Source of the DNA: an uncultured Candidatus Saccharibacteria bacterium
GTDB taxonomy: Bacteria; Patescibacteriota; Saccharimonadia; CAILAD01; JADZBC01
Direction: 5' to 3'
Length of the DNA: 64,000 bases
Assembly: GCA_964496815.1 (NCBI GenBank)
Contig: CAZCAO010000001.1
Span: forward strand, 17,803 to 81,802
This document shows, one piece after another, positions 9,911-20,097 of this stretch; position 1 is the stretch's first letter; every line of letters begins with the position of its first letter. The notes beneath the pieces were generated by a model. It saw nothing but the letters and a program-made list of their open reading frames with translations. It did not search any database and was not told the DNA's origin. The position numbers and the translations under genes were made by a program.

Positions 9911-10141
9911 ATGAGAACGATTGGATTATATCGGGGGCCTACCCCAGATGAGATGAAAAATTACAGTGCTGAACTGATCGAAGCAGATTCGCGTGAGGGC
10001 CAGGTGGTATCACGGCTGTATGGCGTGGTAGAATACCCAGCACTTGTCGTGACACAAGATGACGGCCGACTCGTTGCGATTTGGCAAGAAAAATTACCGA
10101 CCAGAGCGGATTATTTGCACGTCGCTAACCCTCTTAATTAA
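9911..10141 (+). CDS. Small hypothetical protein with thioredoxin-like C-terminal pattern (no CxxC)
   Basis: DADSREG..SRLYGVVEYPALVV..DGRLV..WQ..LP; TATACT 6 nt upstream of the ATG. Confidence 0.6.
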   Translation: MRTIGLYRGPTPDEMKNYSAELIEADSREGQVVSRLYGVVEYPALVVTQDDGRLVAIWQEKLPTRADYLHVANPLN

Positions 10142-10188
10142 GCTGTTGATACTCCATATTGTATAAATATAGTACTCAAATTGAATAT

Positions 10189-11730
10189 TTATTCAACGCG
10201 CAGAATTCGGACAGTATCAGTACCGCCTGTTATGCCATGATGCTTGCCAAAAGCGCTGACGACATAGTCGCCTTTGCGAATACTACCACGCTCTTTGTAT
10301 TCCGCTAGAACGAGCTCGCTAACGGCTTGCTGACGGGGCACTAAGGTTGGCTTGCCACCCCATACGATTGCAAGTTTATTGCAGACATGGCGATCTGGAC
10401 TAGCCATGATGATCGGGGCACTTGGTCGTAGGCTTGAAATACTATAGGCGGTATGACCCGTTAGGGTTTCGGCAAGAATAAGCTTAGCTGGAATCTGTTC
10501 AGCCAAGGTAATTGCTGCGAGTGAAACGCTGGCGGCAATGCGCTGATCGGTATTCTCTTTCAGGTTTGCTTCAATCTGATGCTGTTCGAATACAATTCGC
10601 GTCGTATCGTGGATTTTCTGCAAATTTGGCTTGCTGACATAGGCGGTCTGCAGTTCGGAAGTGCTATCCTCTGACGATGAGAAGCTTAGATTGATCATGC
10701 CAGAGATTGCATACTGTTCTGCTTTAAGGATAATGCGTTTCATCATTTGCACTGTTTCAACAGGAAACTTTCCTATCGCTGTTTCACCCGACAGCATTAC
10801 GCTATCAACTCCGAGTAATACTGCGGTTGAGACGTCATTCGCCTCCGCTCTTGAGGGCTGAGTAGAAGTCATCATACTCTCCAACATTTGCGTCGCCATA
10901 ATAACTGGCTTATGAGCAGATCGTGCCAGCTCGATAATACGGCGGCCTACGATTGGAACGTTTTCGGCTCCTATTTCTATGCCTAAATCACCACGCGCGA
11001 TCATGATCGCGTCTGCAGCTTCGATGATCTCTTCGATATTATTTATGGCTGCTTTGGTTTCAATCTTGGCAATGATGTGGATCGGTTGCGGGGCGGGCCT
11101 GAGGAGTCTGCGTAATTCCTTCACGTTAGCAGCGGACTGAATAAACGACAGCGCGACATAGTCAACATCCTCCTTGAGCGCAAAGGCAATGTCTTCGCGA
11201 TCTTTTGGGGTAATGACGGAGTTCTTAAAGGTGGTATCCGGTAGGTTTATGCCGTGATGCGTCATGACGGTACCCGCGTTAAGTGCCTTGGCAGTCACGA
11301 TGCCGCCCTTGATAGATTTGATAACAAGCTTTATTTGGCCATCACGTAAGAAAAGGTGCTCACCAACGCTGACTTCGTGGCTAAAGTCATACTGTGAAGG
11401 TAGTAAGCCAATTTCTTCGTCGTAGTCATCTTCGAAACTGAAGCCAACCATATCACCGCGCTTGATTGTGATGCCACCCTCGGGTAGGTCTCCAAGGCGG
11501 ATCTTTGGTCCAGAGAGGTCTTGGATAATGGCTAGGCCACGCGCTAGCTCACGGGATGCCTGGCGGGCTATAGTAAGATTCTTTTTGTGTGTTGCATAGC
11601 TGCCATGGGAGAAGTTTAGCCGAATTCCGTTTACTCCGGACTTCAAGAGTGACGGAATGTGTCCTTCGCTCGCTGGACCAATCGTCGCAATGATCTTTGT
11701 TTTTTTATAGGTTGTGGCGTCGCGCTTCAT
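10189..11730 (-). CDS. pyk: Pyruvate kinase
   Basis: KTKIIATIGPAS, RLNFSHG, IIAKIE, IARGDLG, ATQMLESM, MLSGETA. Start uncertain (11730 or 11739). Confidence 0.97.
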   Translation of the reverse strand: MKRDATTYKKTKIIATIGPASEGHIPSLLKSGVNGIRLNFSHGSYATHKKNLTIARQASRELARGLAIIQDLSGPKIRLGDLPEGGITIKRGDMVGFSFEDDYDEEIGLLPSQYDFSHEVSVGEHLFLRDGQIKLVIKSIKGGIVTAKALNAGTVMTHHGINLPDTTFKNSVITPKDREDIAFALKEDVDYVALSFIQSAANVKELRRLLRPAPQPIHIIAKIETKAAINNIEEIIEAADAIMIARGDLGIEIGAENVPIVGRRIIELARSAHKPVIMATQMLESMMTSTQPSRAEANDVSTAVLLGVDSVMLSGETAIGKFPVETVQMMKRIILKAEQYAISGMINLSFSSSEDSTSELQTAYVSKPNLQKIHDTTRIVFEQHQIEANLKENTDQRIAASVSLAAITLAEQIPAKLILAETLTGHTAYSISSLRPSAPIIMASPDRHVCNKLAIVWGGKPTLVPRQQAVSELVLAEYKERGSIRKGDYVVSAFGKHHGITGGTDTVRILRVE

Positions 11731-11847
11731 GACTTCCATTGTAGCTGTCAACACCCATGTGCGTAAAGCTTATGCTAGAAAATCTTCATTTGCTAGGTAC
11801 GAACCAATATGGTATTATTAGCCTCAAGATGCACTTTGCCCCTCCAG

Positions 11848-12020
11848 GGCAGATGAGCGGTTATCAGCCGCGAAGCAGCAGAAAGAACAAGGCCAAGCCT
11901 TCAGTAGAATCTGCCGGACATCAGCCCGCTGCTGACAATTAAGCGCCAGAGAGATGCCTCTCTTGGAAACTGGATGGTACCGTCCGCGAGCACGCGGATT
12001 CCAGTAGCCAAGAGAGGTAT
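11848..12020 (+). promoter_or_regulatory. T-box riboswitch (Ile, AUC specifier), ultrashort stem I type
   Basis: Stem I GCGG-ttATCag-CCGC flanked by GA motifs; stem II AAGAAC../CAGTAGAA S-turn; IIA/B pseudoknot (TCAGC/GCTGA); CTGGA-TGGTACC-GTCCGCG..CGCGGAT-TCCAG T-box domain; directly upstream of ileS. Confidence 0.88.
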
Positions 12021-12043
12021 TTGTATAATAAGGAGTCACAGCC

Positions 12044-14968
12044 ATGGTAGACGATAAACAGCCAGAAAAATCTCAGCAAGCCAAGCTCGAAGAGCAGATT
12101 TTGGCATTGTGGACAAAAGAAGATACGTTTGCGCAGTCAATGCAGCAACGTAAAGGCCAGCCGGTATATAGCTTTTACGACGGTCCGCCATTTGCAAATG
12201 GCTTGCCGCACTTTGGGCACTCATTGGTAACCAGCATTAAGGATTCGATGCTACGTTATAAGACGATGCGCGGTTATTACGTGCCGCGTCGTAATGGTTG
12301 GGATTGCCATGGTCTGCCTGTAGAATTTGCGATCGAAAAGGAATTCGGGGTAAGTGGCAAAAAACAGATTCTCGAGCTTGGTATTGAAAAGTTTAATGCC
12401 GCCTGTAGTGACTCGGTTTTTCAATACAAAGGTGAGTGGGAGGAATTATTAAAGCGCTTGGGTCGCTGGAGTGAGTATGATAATTACTATGCCACAGTAG
12501 ACAGCACTTATACCGAGAGTGTTTGGTGGGCTTTGGCACAGGTTCATAAAAAGGGCTTACTATACAAAGGCTATAAGAGCACGCCGTACTGCCCACGTTG
12601 TGAGACGCCATTATCGAATTTCGAGGTCAACGATGGCTACAAAGACAACGTACCTGACCCAAGTCTGTATGTCATGTTTCCCCTTGCGGACGAAGACGCA
12701 TATTTGCTGGGTTGGACTACCACACCATGGAGTTTGCCTGGTAACGCGGCAGTTGCCGTAAACCCAAGCGAGCGATATGTATATGTAGAGCTGACTGACG
12801 AATCGGCTGGCCAGACAGTTATTTTGGCCCAGAAGAGATTGGCGGCACTTGGCCACGATAATTATCGGGTAGTAAAAGAGCTCGATGGTCACGAGCTGGT
12901 AGGCAAGACCTACGCTCCTGTATTTGAAGTCGATGGCCTTGACGGGCTTGAAGGCGCTGAAAACCTCTACAAGGTTTGGTCGGCTGACTTTGTGAGTATA
13001 GAAGACGGCACCGGAGTACTACATGTAGCACCGGCTTTTGGCGAAGACGATTTAAACCTAGGCCAACAGCACAATATCCCTGTACTACAAACAATTGATG
13101 CCAGTGGTAAAGTTACGCCGCAGGCAGGTGTGCCGGAGGCTGCTGGTAAGTTCTTTAAAGGTGCTGACAAGCTTATTATCGAAAATCTTACCCAGAGGGG
13201 ATTGGTCTATCTGGCAGAGACTAAAGAGCATACCTATCCATTTTGCTGGCGCTGCGAAACTCCATTAATGTACTATGCCATTTCAAGTTGGTTCATTCGG
13301 GTATCGAGTATCCGTGATCAGCTCATGAAGACGGCTGAGGACATTCACTGGACGCCTGCTCATATTAAATCAGGACGATTTGGTCAGTGGATTGAGGGTG
13401 CGCGTGATTGGGCGATATCACGTAATCGCTACTGGGGCGCACCAATGCCAGTATGGGTAAATACGGAGGATGAGTCGGATTATATCGTGGTGGAAAGTTA
13501 TGACGAGCTTCGCCAGCTAGCTGGCGATGATTCGCTTGATACGCGTGATGTGCATCGCCCGATTATCGACAACGTTGTGATTGAACGAAACGGCAAGACC
13601 TACCGACGTGTCGAAGAGGTGCTTGACTGTTGGTTTGAATCTGGGGCCATGAGTTTAGCGCAGCACCATTATCCTTTCGAAAACAAAGACGCCTTCCAGC
13701 AGGCTTTTCCCGCCGACTTTATTATCGAAGGCTTGGACCAAACTCGCTTGTGGTTCTACGTTCAGCACGTCGTTAACACCATCTTGTTTGATGCTCCGGC
13801 CTACAAGAACGTTATTGTAAACGGCATGATTATGGCGGCAGACGGCGAGAAATTGAGTAAGCGGCTCAAAAACTATCCGCCGGTTGAAGAGGTTTTTAAT
13901 CAGGAGGGGGCAGATAGCTTGAGACTGTATTTGCTCTCGAGCCACCAAGCCAGCGAGACGGCGGAATACATTCGCTTTAATCGTGATGCTATGCGTGACA
14001 TCCAACGTAATGTACTAGGCACCCTGCTTAATTCGCAGAGATTTTTCACCATGTACGCTAACATTGATAGCTGGAAGCCAGCTCGGGCTGGGGAGCGACC
14101 AGCCAGTGGCAACGTCCTCGACCAGTGGATGCTTGCCCGAGTCGATGAGGCTATAACTGAAGTTACGAAAGAAGCTGATAATTATCAAATTGCCCACGCG
14201 ATAGCACCAATCTTTAGCCTGGTAGACGACATGAGTAATTGGTATATCCGACGCTCTCGTCGACGTTTCTGGAAGAGTGAGGACGACGGCGATAAGGCCA
14301 TGGCTTATGAAACATTGTGGTATACATTGATAAGGCTTTGCCAGCTCCTTGCTCCATGGGCGCCGTTCGTAGCTGATTATGTATGGAGAGAGCTGGTCGA
14401 GGGTACGACCATGCCAAGCTCCGTTCACTTAAGTGATTGGCCCGAAGCCAGTCGGCCCGATGCAAGTCAACTTGCCCAGATGGCAGTCGTTCGCGATACG
14501 ATTAAGGAGGCTCTGGCTGCTCGTGCCGATGCAGGCATTAAAGTTCGCCAACCGCTGGCCCATCTGCTCGTCAGTTCTAAACAGGAGCTTGACGCACAGT
14601 ACCTGGATATCATTCGCGATGAGGTCAACGTAAAATCAGTCAAGATTAAGCTAGTGAATACCCCGGCAGCTCCAGAACTTGATACGGTCGTTACTCCAGA
14701 GTTACGTCGTGAGGGGATCATGCGAGACGTGGTGCGTCTTGTGCAGAACGCTCGTAAGCAAGCTGGCCTAGAGGTCGATGATCGGATTGAGCTCGGGTTG
14801 CGCTGCGAGGACGAAGACATTAGCCGGGCGATTGCAGAGCATAAGGAGACAATTCAAGCCGAAACCCTTGCCTCTACGTTACAAAAGACTGTAGAAGGCA
14901 ATGTAGTGAGCGCGAAGATAGACGGTGTAGAAATTACGATTAGCCTCCGCAAAGCCGAGTCTCTATAA
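12044..14968 (+). CDS. ileS: Isoleucyl-tRNA synthetase (type 2 / eukaryote-like)
   Basis: DGPPFANGLPHFGH, GWDCHGLP, WTTTPW, DWAISRNRYWG, EGLDQTR, KLSKR; long type-2 C-terminus. Confidence 0.97.
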   Translation: MVDDKQPEKSQQAKLEEQILALWTKEDTFAQSMQQRKGQPVYSFYDGPPFANGLPHFGHSLVTSIKDSMLRYKTMRGYYVPRRNGWDCHGLPVEFAIEKEFGVSGKKQILELGIEKFNAACSDSVFQYKGEWEELLKRLGRWSEYDNYYATVDSTYTESVWWALAQVHKKGLLYKGYKSTPYCPRCETPLSNFEVNDGYKDNVPDPSLYVMFPLADEDAYLLGWTTTPWSLPGNAAVAVNPSERYVYVELTDESAGQTVILAQKRLAALGHDNYRVVKELDGHELVGKTYAPVFEVDGLDGLEGAENLYKVWSADFVSIEDGTGVLHVAPAFGEDDLNLGQQHNIPVLQTIDASGKVTPQAGVPEAAGKFFKGADKLIIENLTQRGLVYLAETKEHTYPFCWRCETPLMYYAISSWFIRVSSIRDQLMKTAEDIHWTPAHIKSGRFGQWIEGARDWAISRNRYWGAPMPVWVNTEDESDYIVVESYDELRQLAGDDSLDTRDVHRPIIDNVVIERNGKTYRRVEEVLDCWFESGAMSLAQHHYPFENKDAFQQAFPADFIIEGLDQTRLWFYVQHVVNTILFDAPAYKNVIVNGMIMAADGEKLSKRLKNYPPVEEVFNQEGADSLRLYLLSSHQASETAEYIRFNRDAMRDIQRNVLGTLLNSQRFFTMYANIDSWKPARAGERPASGNVLDQWMLARVDEAITEVTKEADNYQIAHAIAPIFSLVDDMSNWYIRRSRRRFWKSEDDGDKAMAYETLWYTLIRLCQLLAPWAPFVADYVWRELVEGTTMPSSVHLSDWPEASRPDASQLAQMAVVRDTIKEALAARADAGIKVRQPLAHLLVSSKQELDAQYLDIIRDEVNVKSVKIKLVNTPAAPELDTVVTPELRREGIMRDVVRLVQNARKQAGLEVDDRIELGLRCEDEDISRAIAEHKETIQAETLASTLQKTVEGNVVSAKIDGVEITISLRKAESL

Positions 14969-14977
14969 TAGAGACAT

Positions 14978-16084
14978 ATGTTTGGATTACGCTTTCTACG
15001 CAAACTTGATCTTGTCACGGCCGTAAGTACTTTTGTACTTTTGGTCATAGGGCTGACCGTGTTGTATTCCTCCGGTATTAAGCCGGCACAGGTTGCTACT
15101 GAGATTGATCCAACTCGACAGTTTTTGTACGGGGGGATTGGGGTTGTCGTCATGTTGTTTTTCGCGCGTTTGGATTATAGGGTATTGCGCAATTACGGCG
15201 TGGTATTGTATATCCTCTCAATTCTTTCGCTTTTGTACGTCGATGTTGCTGGCGCAACACGACTTGGTGCGACGCGCTGGATTGACATTGGTTTTTTTCA
15301 ATTCCAGCCCTCAGAGTTTGCGAAGCCAATTCTGGCGATTATGTTAGCTAATCATTTTTCTAAGTATTATGATCACGTCAACGAGTGGAGGTATTGGCTT
15401 GGTTCGTTGGCATATCTCGTGATGCCACTTATGCTGGTTCTCGCACAGCCAGATTTGGGCACCGGCATGGTGTTTGGCGCCATTTGGTTCTCTATGGCTA
15501 TTGCTGCACGAGTGCGTTGGCAGTATTTGGTGGGTCTCGTGGTGAGTGCCGCTGCTATGGTACCCTTGATCCTGCCAAGGCTCCAGCCGTATCAGCGCGA
15601 GCGCATTACGACGTTTCTTAACCCCGCTGCTAATCCTGCCACAACTGGCTATAACGTAAACCAGGCAATTATTGCGGTTGGTAATGGCGGTTGGTTTGGC
15701 CAAGGCCTCGGGTCAGGCAGTCAGAGTCAAGGCAACTTTTTACCTTCGCAGCAAACTGACTTTATCTTTGCTGTTCTCGCTGAAAAGCTAGGCTTTTTTG
15801 GCGGACTATTGACCTTAACTGCGTTTTTGGCGCTTGTTTTACGCGCCTACTGGATTACAAAGTTGGCAGCTGATAAATTTGGTGGTTTATTGGGGGTTGG
15901 CTTGACGAGTATGCTTTTGTTTCATGTCTTTATTAATGTCGGCATGAATTTGGGTATCATGCCGGTTACCGGTATTCCGTTGCCATTTATTTCCGCCGGT
16001 GGTTCAAGCATGATTGTTACAATGTTTGCCGTCGGTACAATCCAAAGTATTTATATTCGTCGCAAAAAACGAGAATTGGCATGA
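14978..16084 (+). CDS. rodA: SEDS peptidoglycan polymerase RodA
   Basis: GATRWI..FQPSEFAK, QPDLGT, TDFIFAV, TGIPLPFISAGGSS. Confidence 0.92.
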   Translation: MFGLRFLRKLDLVTAVSTFVLLVIGLTVLYSSGIKPAQVATEIDPTRQFLYGGIGVVVMLFFARLDYRVLRNYGVVLYILSILSLLYVDVAGATRLGATRWIDIGFFQFQPSEFAKPILAIMLANHFSKYYDHVNEWRYWLGSLAYLVMPLMLVLAQPDLGTGMVFGAIWFSMAIAARVRWQYLVGLVVSAAAMVPLILPRLQPYQRERITTFLNPAANPATTGYNVNQAIIAVGNGGWFGQGLGSGSQSQGNFLPSQQTDFIFAVLAEKLGFFGGLLTLTAFLALVLRAYWITKLAADKFGGLLGVGLTSMLLFHVFINVGMNLGIMPVTGIPLPFISAGGSSMIVTMFAVGTIQSIYIRRKKRELA

Positions 16085-16638
16085 GTCGTAAAAAGCGGTT
16101 AGGGATATTAATGGCAATGTTTTTGGCTTGTTTGAGTGTCTACCGTGGACTAACACTTCAGCAGCAGTCATCAGCCAAGCAATCTAGCACCGAAGTCGGA
16201 CAATACCGAGTAGAGCATGTCGTGGACGGTGATACGATCGAAGTTCGGATTGATGGTCGCATGCAAAAAATTCGCTTGATTGGTATGGATACGCCGGAGG
16301 TGGTTGACCCGCGCAAGACCGTGCAGTGCTTTGGGCGCGAGGCATCAGCACAAGCTCATAGGTTGCTCGAGGGACAAGTGGTGCGCTTGGAGTATGATGT
16401 GCAAGTTGGTGAACGAGACAAATACAATCGTTTGCTCGGCTATGTATTTCTGATTGATGGTACCAACTACGCCGAAAAGATGATCCGCGAAGGCTACGCG
16501 CATGAGTACACCTATCAGGGCCAGGCTTATAAGTATCAGGCTACCTACAAGGCTGCTGAGGCCGAAGCTGAGGCAACTGGTCGGGGCTTTTGGTCAAGCA
16601 CTACGTGCAGTGGAGATACAAAGCAGCCCGCAAGATGA
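16081..16638 (+). CDS. Secreted or anchored thermonuclease (SNase family)
   Basis: VVDGDTI, IRLIGMDTPE, DKYNRLLGYV, EGYA; N-terminal signal. Confidence 0.93.
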   Translation: MSRKKRLGILMAMFLACLSVYRGLTLQQQSSAKQSSTEVGQYRVEHVVDGDTIEVRIDGRMQKIRLIGMDTPEVVDPRKTVQCFGREASAQAHRLLEGQVVRLEYDVQVGERDKYNRLLGYVFLIDGTNYAEKMIREGYAHEYTYQGQAYKYQATYKAAEAEAEATGRGFWSSTTCSGDTKQPAR

Positions 16639-16689
16639 TGTGTTAAATTGCCCCATAACTCGAAATGTGGTTCAATGAAATAGTTAAGC

Positions 16690-18036
16690 TTGAGCATAAT
16701 GACTAAGCCTATTCGTGGCCGCAATGGAAATTTTGTTCGCCACACCCCCGTTAATGTATTAAAGCACCATGTCCGTTCACGACGCCTTGCCGTGCCAATT
16801 ATCTTGGCTGCTGTAGGATTTGGTGTATTCGTTGTTTTTCAAAGCATGGCTTCTACTCGTGCGTTTACAAGGATGGAGTGTCTCGGTACTGAAAGAAAGG
16901 GTTATGCTACCGCGGAAGATTGCTACCTTGGGAGTGCTGAAGGAGTTGCAAGTAAGTACTTTATTACCATTTTTGGGAGGCGGCCAAATGTGGACAGCCT
17001 GAAATTTTGGTCAAACACGCTAAGTGGGCTGTCTACACCTGCCGAGTATCGGCTTGCAGTTAAGATGCTCGATTCTACAGAGGCAAAACGAAAGTTCACA
17101 GCCCTACCTAGTGACAAGGATAAAATAGAGTACTTGTACTTCAACGCACTTGGTCGTAAGCCTGATCCCGCCGGCTTAAATTACTGGTCTGCAAGAGCAA
17201 AGCGCGAAAAGAATTGGGCAAAAATAGTCACATTATTTATATCTAGACCAGAGGTTGCTAGAAAAATTCGACCGGAGGTATTGATCTCGGTCAACGCCTT
17301 ACCTATGAATTGGTGGCCGACTCGAGTGCCAGCTTCCGTTTCTCCGAGGGGTGTTTATTCGGGCTGGAACTGGAATGCGTCCGCCAGTGGTTATAAGAGT
17401 TTTGAGCATAGCCTGGTGGTCGATAGCTACAAGCCAGGTTCGAGTTACTTCTGGTCGCACCAGTTCGGCTTTGTTGGTGGAGATGGTGGTTATATTGGCC
17501 TTCAGTCTACCGGGGCCGCAGGTAGAAGAAGCGGAGAGTATCGTAAGACGGCTATTTTTTCTATTTTTAAAGCCGCAATTGCAACCGACACGCCAGGCTG
17601 TACGATATCTTACGACACTTTCGATGGCGCCCCTGGGTCGGGTACAAGTTGTATTATCACCTATAATTGGGTTAAGGGTCGGACATATAAACTGCGAACA
17701 GAAATGGGCGCACGTGAAGCTAATGGGACCTGGTGGTCTGGTTGGGTGGTAGACACCACCTCGGGCGCAAAAACACTAATTGGTAGAATAAAAGTACCAG
17801 CTACGTGGAAGGGCCACAGAAACAATTCGGTGATGTGGACTGAGAATTTCTTTTCTACAGCTCGTACATGTAATGACATCCCTTATTCTAAGGTTCGTTT
17901 TTCTAAGCCAATAGCGGACTCTTCGATTAGGCCGATTGGTTCATCGCAGACGCTTTCGAATACGTACCAGTGCAATAATTCTCGTATTACGCCTCGGGGC
18001 GATGGGGTAACTCAAGAAGTCGGCCGCAGTCGCTAA
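16690..18036 (+). CDS. Secreted protein with DUF4214-like and DUF3472-like domains
   Basis: LY.NALGRKPDPAGLNYW repeats (DUF4214-like); GGYIGLQ..AIFSIF..YNWVKGRTY..WTENF (DUF3472-like). Start may be 16699. Confidence 0.65.
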   Translation: MSIMTKPIRGRNGNFVRHTPVNVLKHHVRSRRLAVPIILAAVGFGVFVVFQSMASTRAFTRMECLGTERKGYATAEDCYLGSAEGVASKYFITIFGRRPNVDSLKFWSNTLSGLSTPAEYRLAVKMLDSTEAKRKFTALPSDKDKIEYLYFNALGRKPDPAGLNYWSARAKREKNWAKIVTLFISRPEVARKIRPEVLISVNALPMNWWPTRVPASVSPRGVYSGWNWNASASGYKSFEHSLVVDSYKPGSSYFWSHQFGFVGGDGGYIGLQSTGAAGRRSGEYRKTAIFSIFKAAIATDTPGCTISYDTFDGAPGSGTSCIITYNWVKGRTYKLRTEMGAREANGTWWSGWVVDTTSGAKTLIGRIKVPATWKGHRNNSVMWTENFFSTARTCNDIPYSKVRFSKPIADSSIRPIGSSQTLSNTYQCNNSRITPRGDGVTQEVGRSR

Positions 18037-18090
18037 ACAGTTCTTGTAATCTACAGGGTGACTGATGACATTATTTGCTATAATAGAGCT

Positions 18091-19014
18091 ATGAGTATAA
18101 TACATGACGTAATTATTATTGGCGCAGGACCAGCTGGGTATACAGCCGCGATTTATACGGCGCGGGCGAGTTTAAGTACCCTGATGATAGCAGGCGATAC
18201 CCCCGGCGGTCAGTTGCTCCTTACCGGCGACGTTGAGAACTTTCCGGGCTTTAAGGATGGCATTAGTGGCCCGGCACTGATGGAAGAGATGAAGGCGCAG
18301 GCCAAGCGATTCGGCACTGAGCTGATAAGCGAGTTCGTAACTAAGGTTGAACTTCAAGGGAAAGTTAAAACGGTTTGGGTGCGTGAAGAGAAGTACCAAG
18401 CCAAGACGATTATCATCTCGACCGGCGCATCTGCTAATTGGTTGGGACTCGACAATGAACAGCGCCTTATGGGGCATGGTATTAGTGCCTGTGCCACTTG
18501 CGATGCGTTCTTTTTCCGCGACAAGGAGGTTGTAGTAGTGGGCGGTGGTGATGTGGCTATGGAGGAGGCCCATGCGCTGACAAAGTTTGCGAGCAAAGTA
18601 TACGTCGTGCATCGTCGTGACACGTTGCGGGCGAGCAAGATTATGCAGAAGCGCGCTATGGATGATCCTAAGATCGAGTTTATTTGGAACGCTGAGGTGT
18701 TTGATGTGTTGGGCAAAGATGCTGTAGAGGGTGTTCGGCTGCGTGACACGCAGAATGGCAGCGAAAGAGATTTTGCCTGTCAGGGTATGTTTGTAGCGAT
18801 TGGTCATACGCCGGCCACGAGCTTGTTCAAAGAAATGCTTGCGTTGGACGCAAAAGGCTACATTAAGGCCAAAGACTCTGTTTTGACCGACATTCCTGGT
18901 GTTTTTGCAGCTGGCGATGTGGTTGATGCCCGATACCGACAAGCGATTACCGCTGCTGGTGATGGCTGCCGAGCGGCACTCGAAGTTGAACATTACCTTG
19001 CAGATCAAGAGTAG
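18091..19014 (+). CDS. trxB: Thioredoxin reductase
   Basis: GAGPAG, GGQL, CATCD, GGGD.A.EEA, HRRD, FAAGDV; start 18091. Confidence 0.97.
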   Translation: MSIIHDVIIIGAGPAGYTAAIYTARASLSTLMIAGDTPGGQLLLTGDVENFPGFKDGISGPALMEEMKAQAKRFGTELISEFVTKVELQGKVKTVWVREEKYQAKTIIISTGASANWLGLDNEQRLMGHGISACATCDAFFFRDKEVVVVGGGDVAMEEAHALTKFASKVYVVHRRDTLRASKIMQKRAMDDPKIEFIWNAEVFDVLGKDAVEGVRLRDTQNGSERDFACQGMFVAIGHTPATSLFKEMLALDAKGYIKAKDSVLTDIPGVFAAGDVVDARYRQAITAAGDGCRAALEVEHYLADQE

Positions 19015-19016
19015 CT

Positions 19017-19610
19017 ATGGCTTCAGACGAGGCGTACAAGGCACAAATAGAACGACTTAAGCGACGCGTGGCGGAACTTGAGCAGCAGGTTCAGACCGAT
19101 GAGCTTATGGGCGTACTCAATCGGCGAGGCTTAATGCAGGTGCTAAACACTTTTGTTCGTGAGGTAGAGTTTCAGCTTAAGAATCCCGATAGAAGACAAT
19201 TCCTGATCATAAAGTCGTTGAGTATTTTGTTTGTCGATGTGGATAACTTCAAGCAAATCAATGATCAGTACGGGCATGGGTTAGGCGACATTGTGCTTCG
19301 GGAAATAGCCACAGTTATTCGCGACTCTCTACGCGGTATTGATGTCGTAGGTCGGTACGGTGGCGAAGAAATTGTCGTTGGTCTGGTGGGCGCTCATGTG
19401 GAAGCGGCGGTTAAAATTGCCGAGGATTTGCGATCCCGTATCGCGGCTTTAGAGTTTCCAGGAGAAATTAGTGCACTTCGGGTGACGGCTTCGTTTGGGG
19501 TTGCGGCAATGGAGCCTGGTGCTACGCTCGATGAGCTACTTGCGAATGCCGACAAGGCTTTGCGACGGGCGAAAGAAAACGGCAAGGATCGGATTGAGGT
19601 CTATGGCTAA
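19017..19610 (+). CDS. Diguanylate cyclase (GGDEF domain)
   Basis: D.LMGVLNRRG, DVDNFKQINDQYGHGLGD, GRYGGEE, ADKAL. Confidence 0.9.
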   Translation: MASDEAYKAQIERLKRRVAELEQQVQTDELMGVLNRRGLMQVLNTFVREVEFQLKNPDRRQFLIIKSLSILFVDVDNFKQINDQYGHGLGDIVLREIATVIRDSLRGIDVVGRYGGEEIVVGLVGAHVEAAVKIAEDLRSRIAALEFPGEISALRVTASFGVAAMEPGATLDELLANADKALRRAKENGKDRIEVYG

Positions 19611-20097
19611 ACAGCTCGATGGCCCTTACCAGCTCAAATATATTCGACCTCATCATAGCGTGACGCTCGCTCGGCTGTTTCGATTTGCGCTCGATAGTGA
19701 CTTTACTTACTACAGTCCTTCATATTTAGAGCAAACTCGACGTCAAAACAGCGCCTTCCGCTTGGCGCTAGGATGTATGCGTTCAAGTCGCCTCATTCTT
19801 GGTCTATGGGATGACACCGAGCTCGTTGGCTACATTATTGGTGGTACGCGGCCAAATCAGGATTGCGGTGATATTTTCTGGCTCTACATTGATCCCGCTC
19901 ATCGCGGACGAGGGCTTGGTGCGAATTTGCTGACAGAGGCAATCCACTGGCTGCGGCTCAAAAAACTTTCGGCCGTAGAGCTTGTAACCTACGATCACGC
20001 CGAGTTTTATAAACGGTATGACTTTAAGCCCGAGCGCTTGGCTGAGGGCTTTATCGGCGGACAAGATGTGTATATTATGAAGAGGTCACTGGTATGA
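19603..20097 (+). CDS. GNAT family N-acetyltransferase
   Basis: LYIDPAHRGRGLGANLL, FYKRYDF; start at ATG 19603. Confidence 0.88.
   Translation: MAKQLDGPYQLKYIRPHHSVTLARLFRFALDSDFTYYSPSYLEQTRRQNSAFRLALGCMRSSRLILGLWDDTELVGYIIGGTRPNQDCGDIFWLYIDPAHRGRGLGANLLTEAIHWLRLKKLSAVELVTYDHAEFYKRYDFKPERLAEGFIGGQDVYIMKRSLV

Noticed and set aside
10149-10164. NrdR-box-like ATACTCCATATTGTAT downstream of nrdR
   Set aside because: It lies between convergent gene ends with nothing to regulate; either an AT-rich chance match or a relic.
10560-10710. ~40-aa insertion in pyruvate kinase before the C domain
   Set aside because: In frame, with no intein or intron hallmarks; most likely a variable linker.
18172-19008. 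278-aa antisense ORF
   Set aside because: Shadow of trxB. The same applies to 3607-4155, 45303-45725 and many short ORFs opposite core genes.
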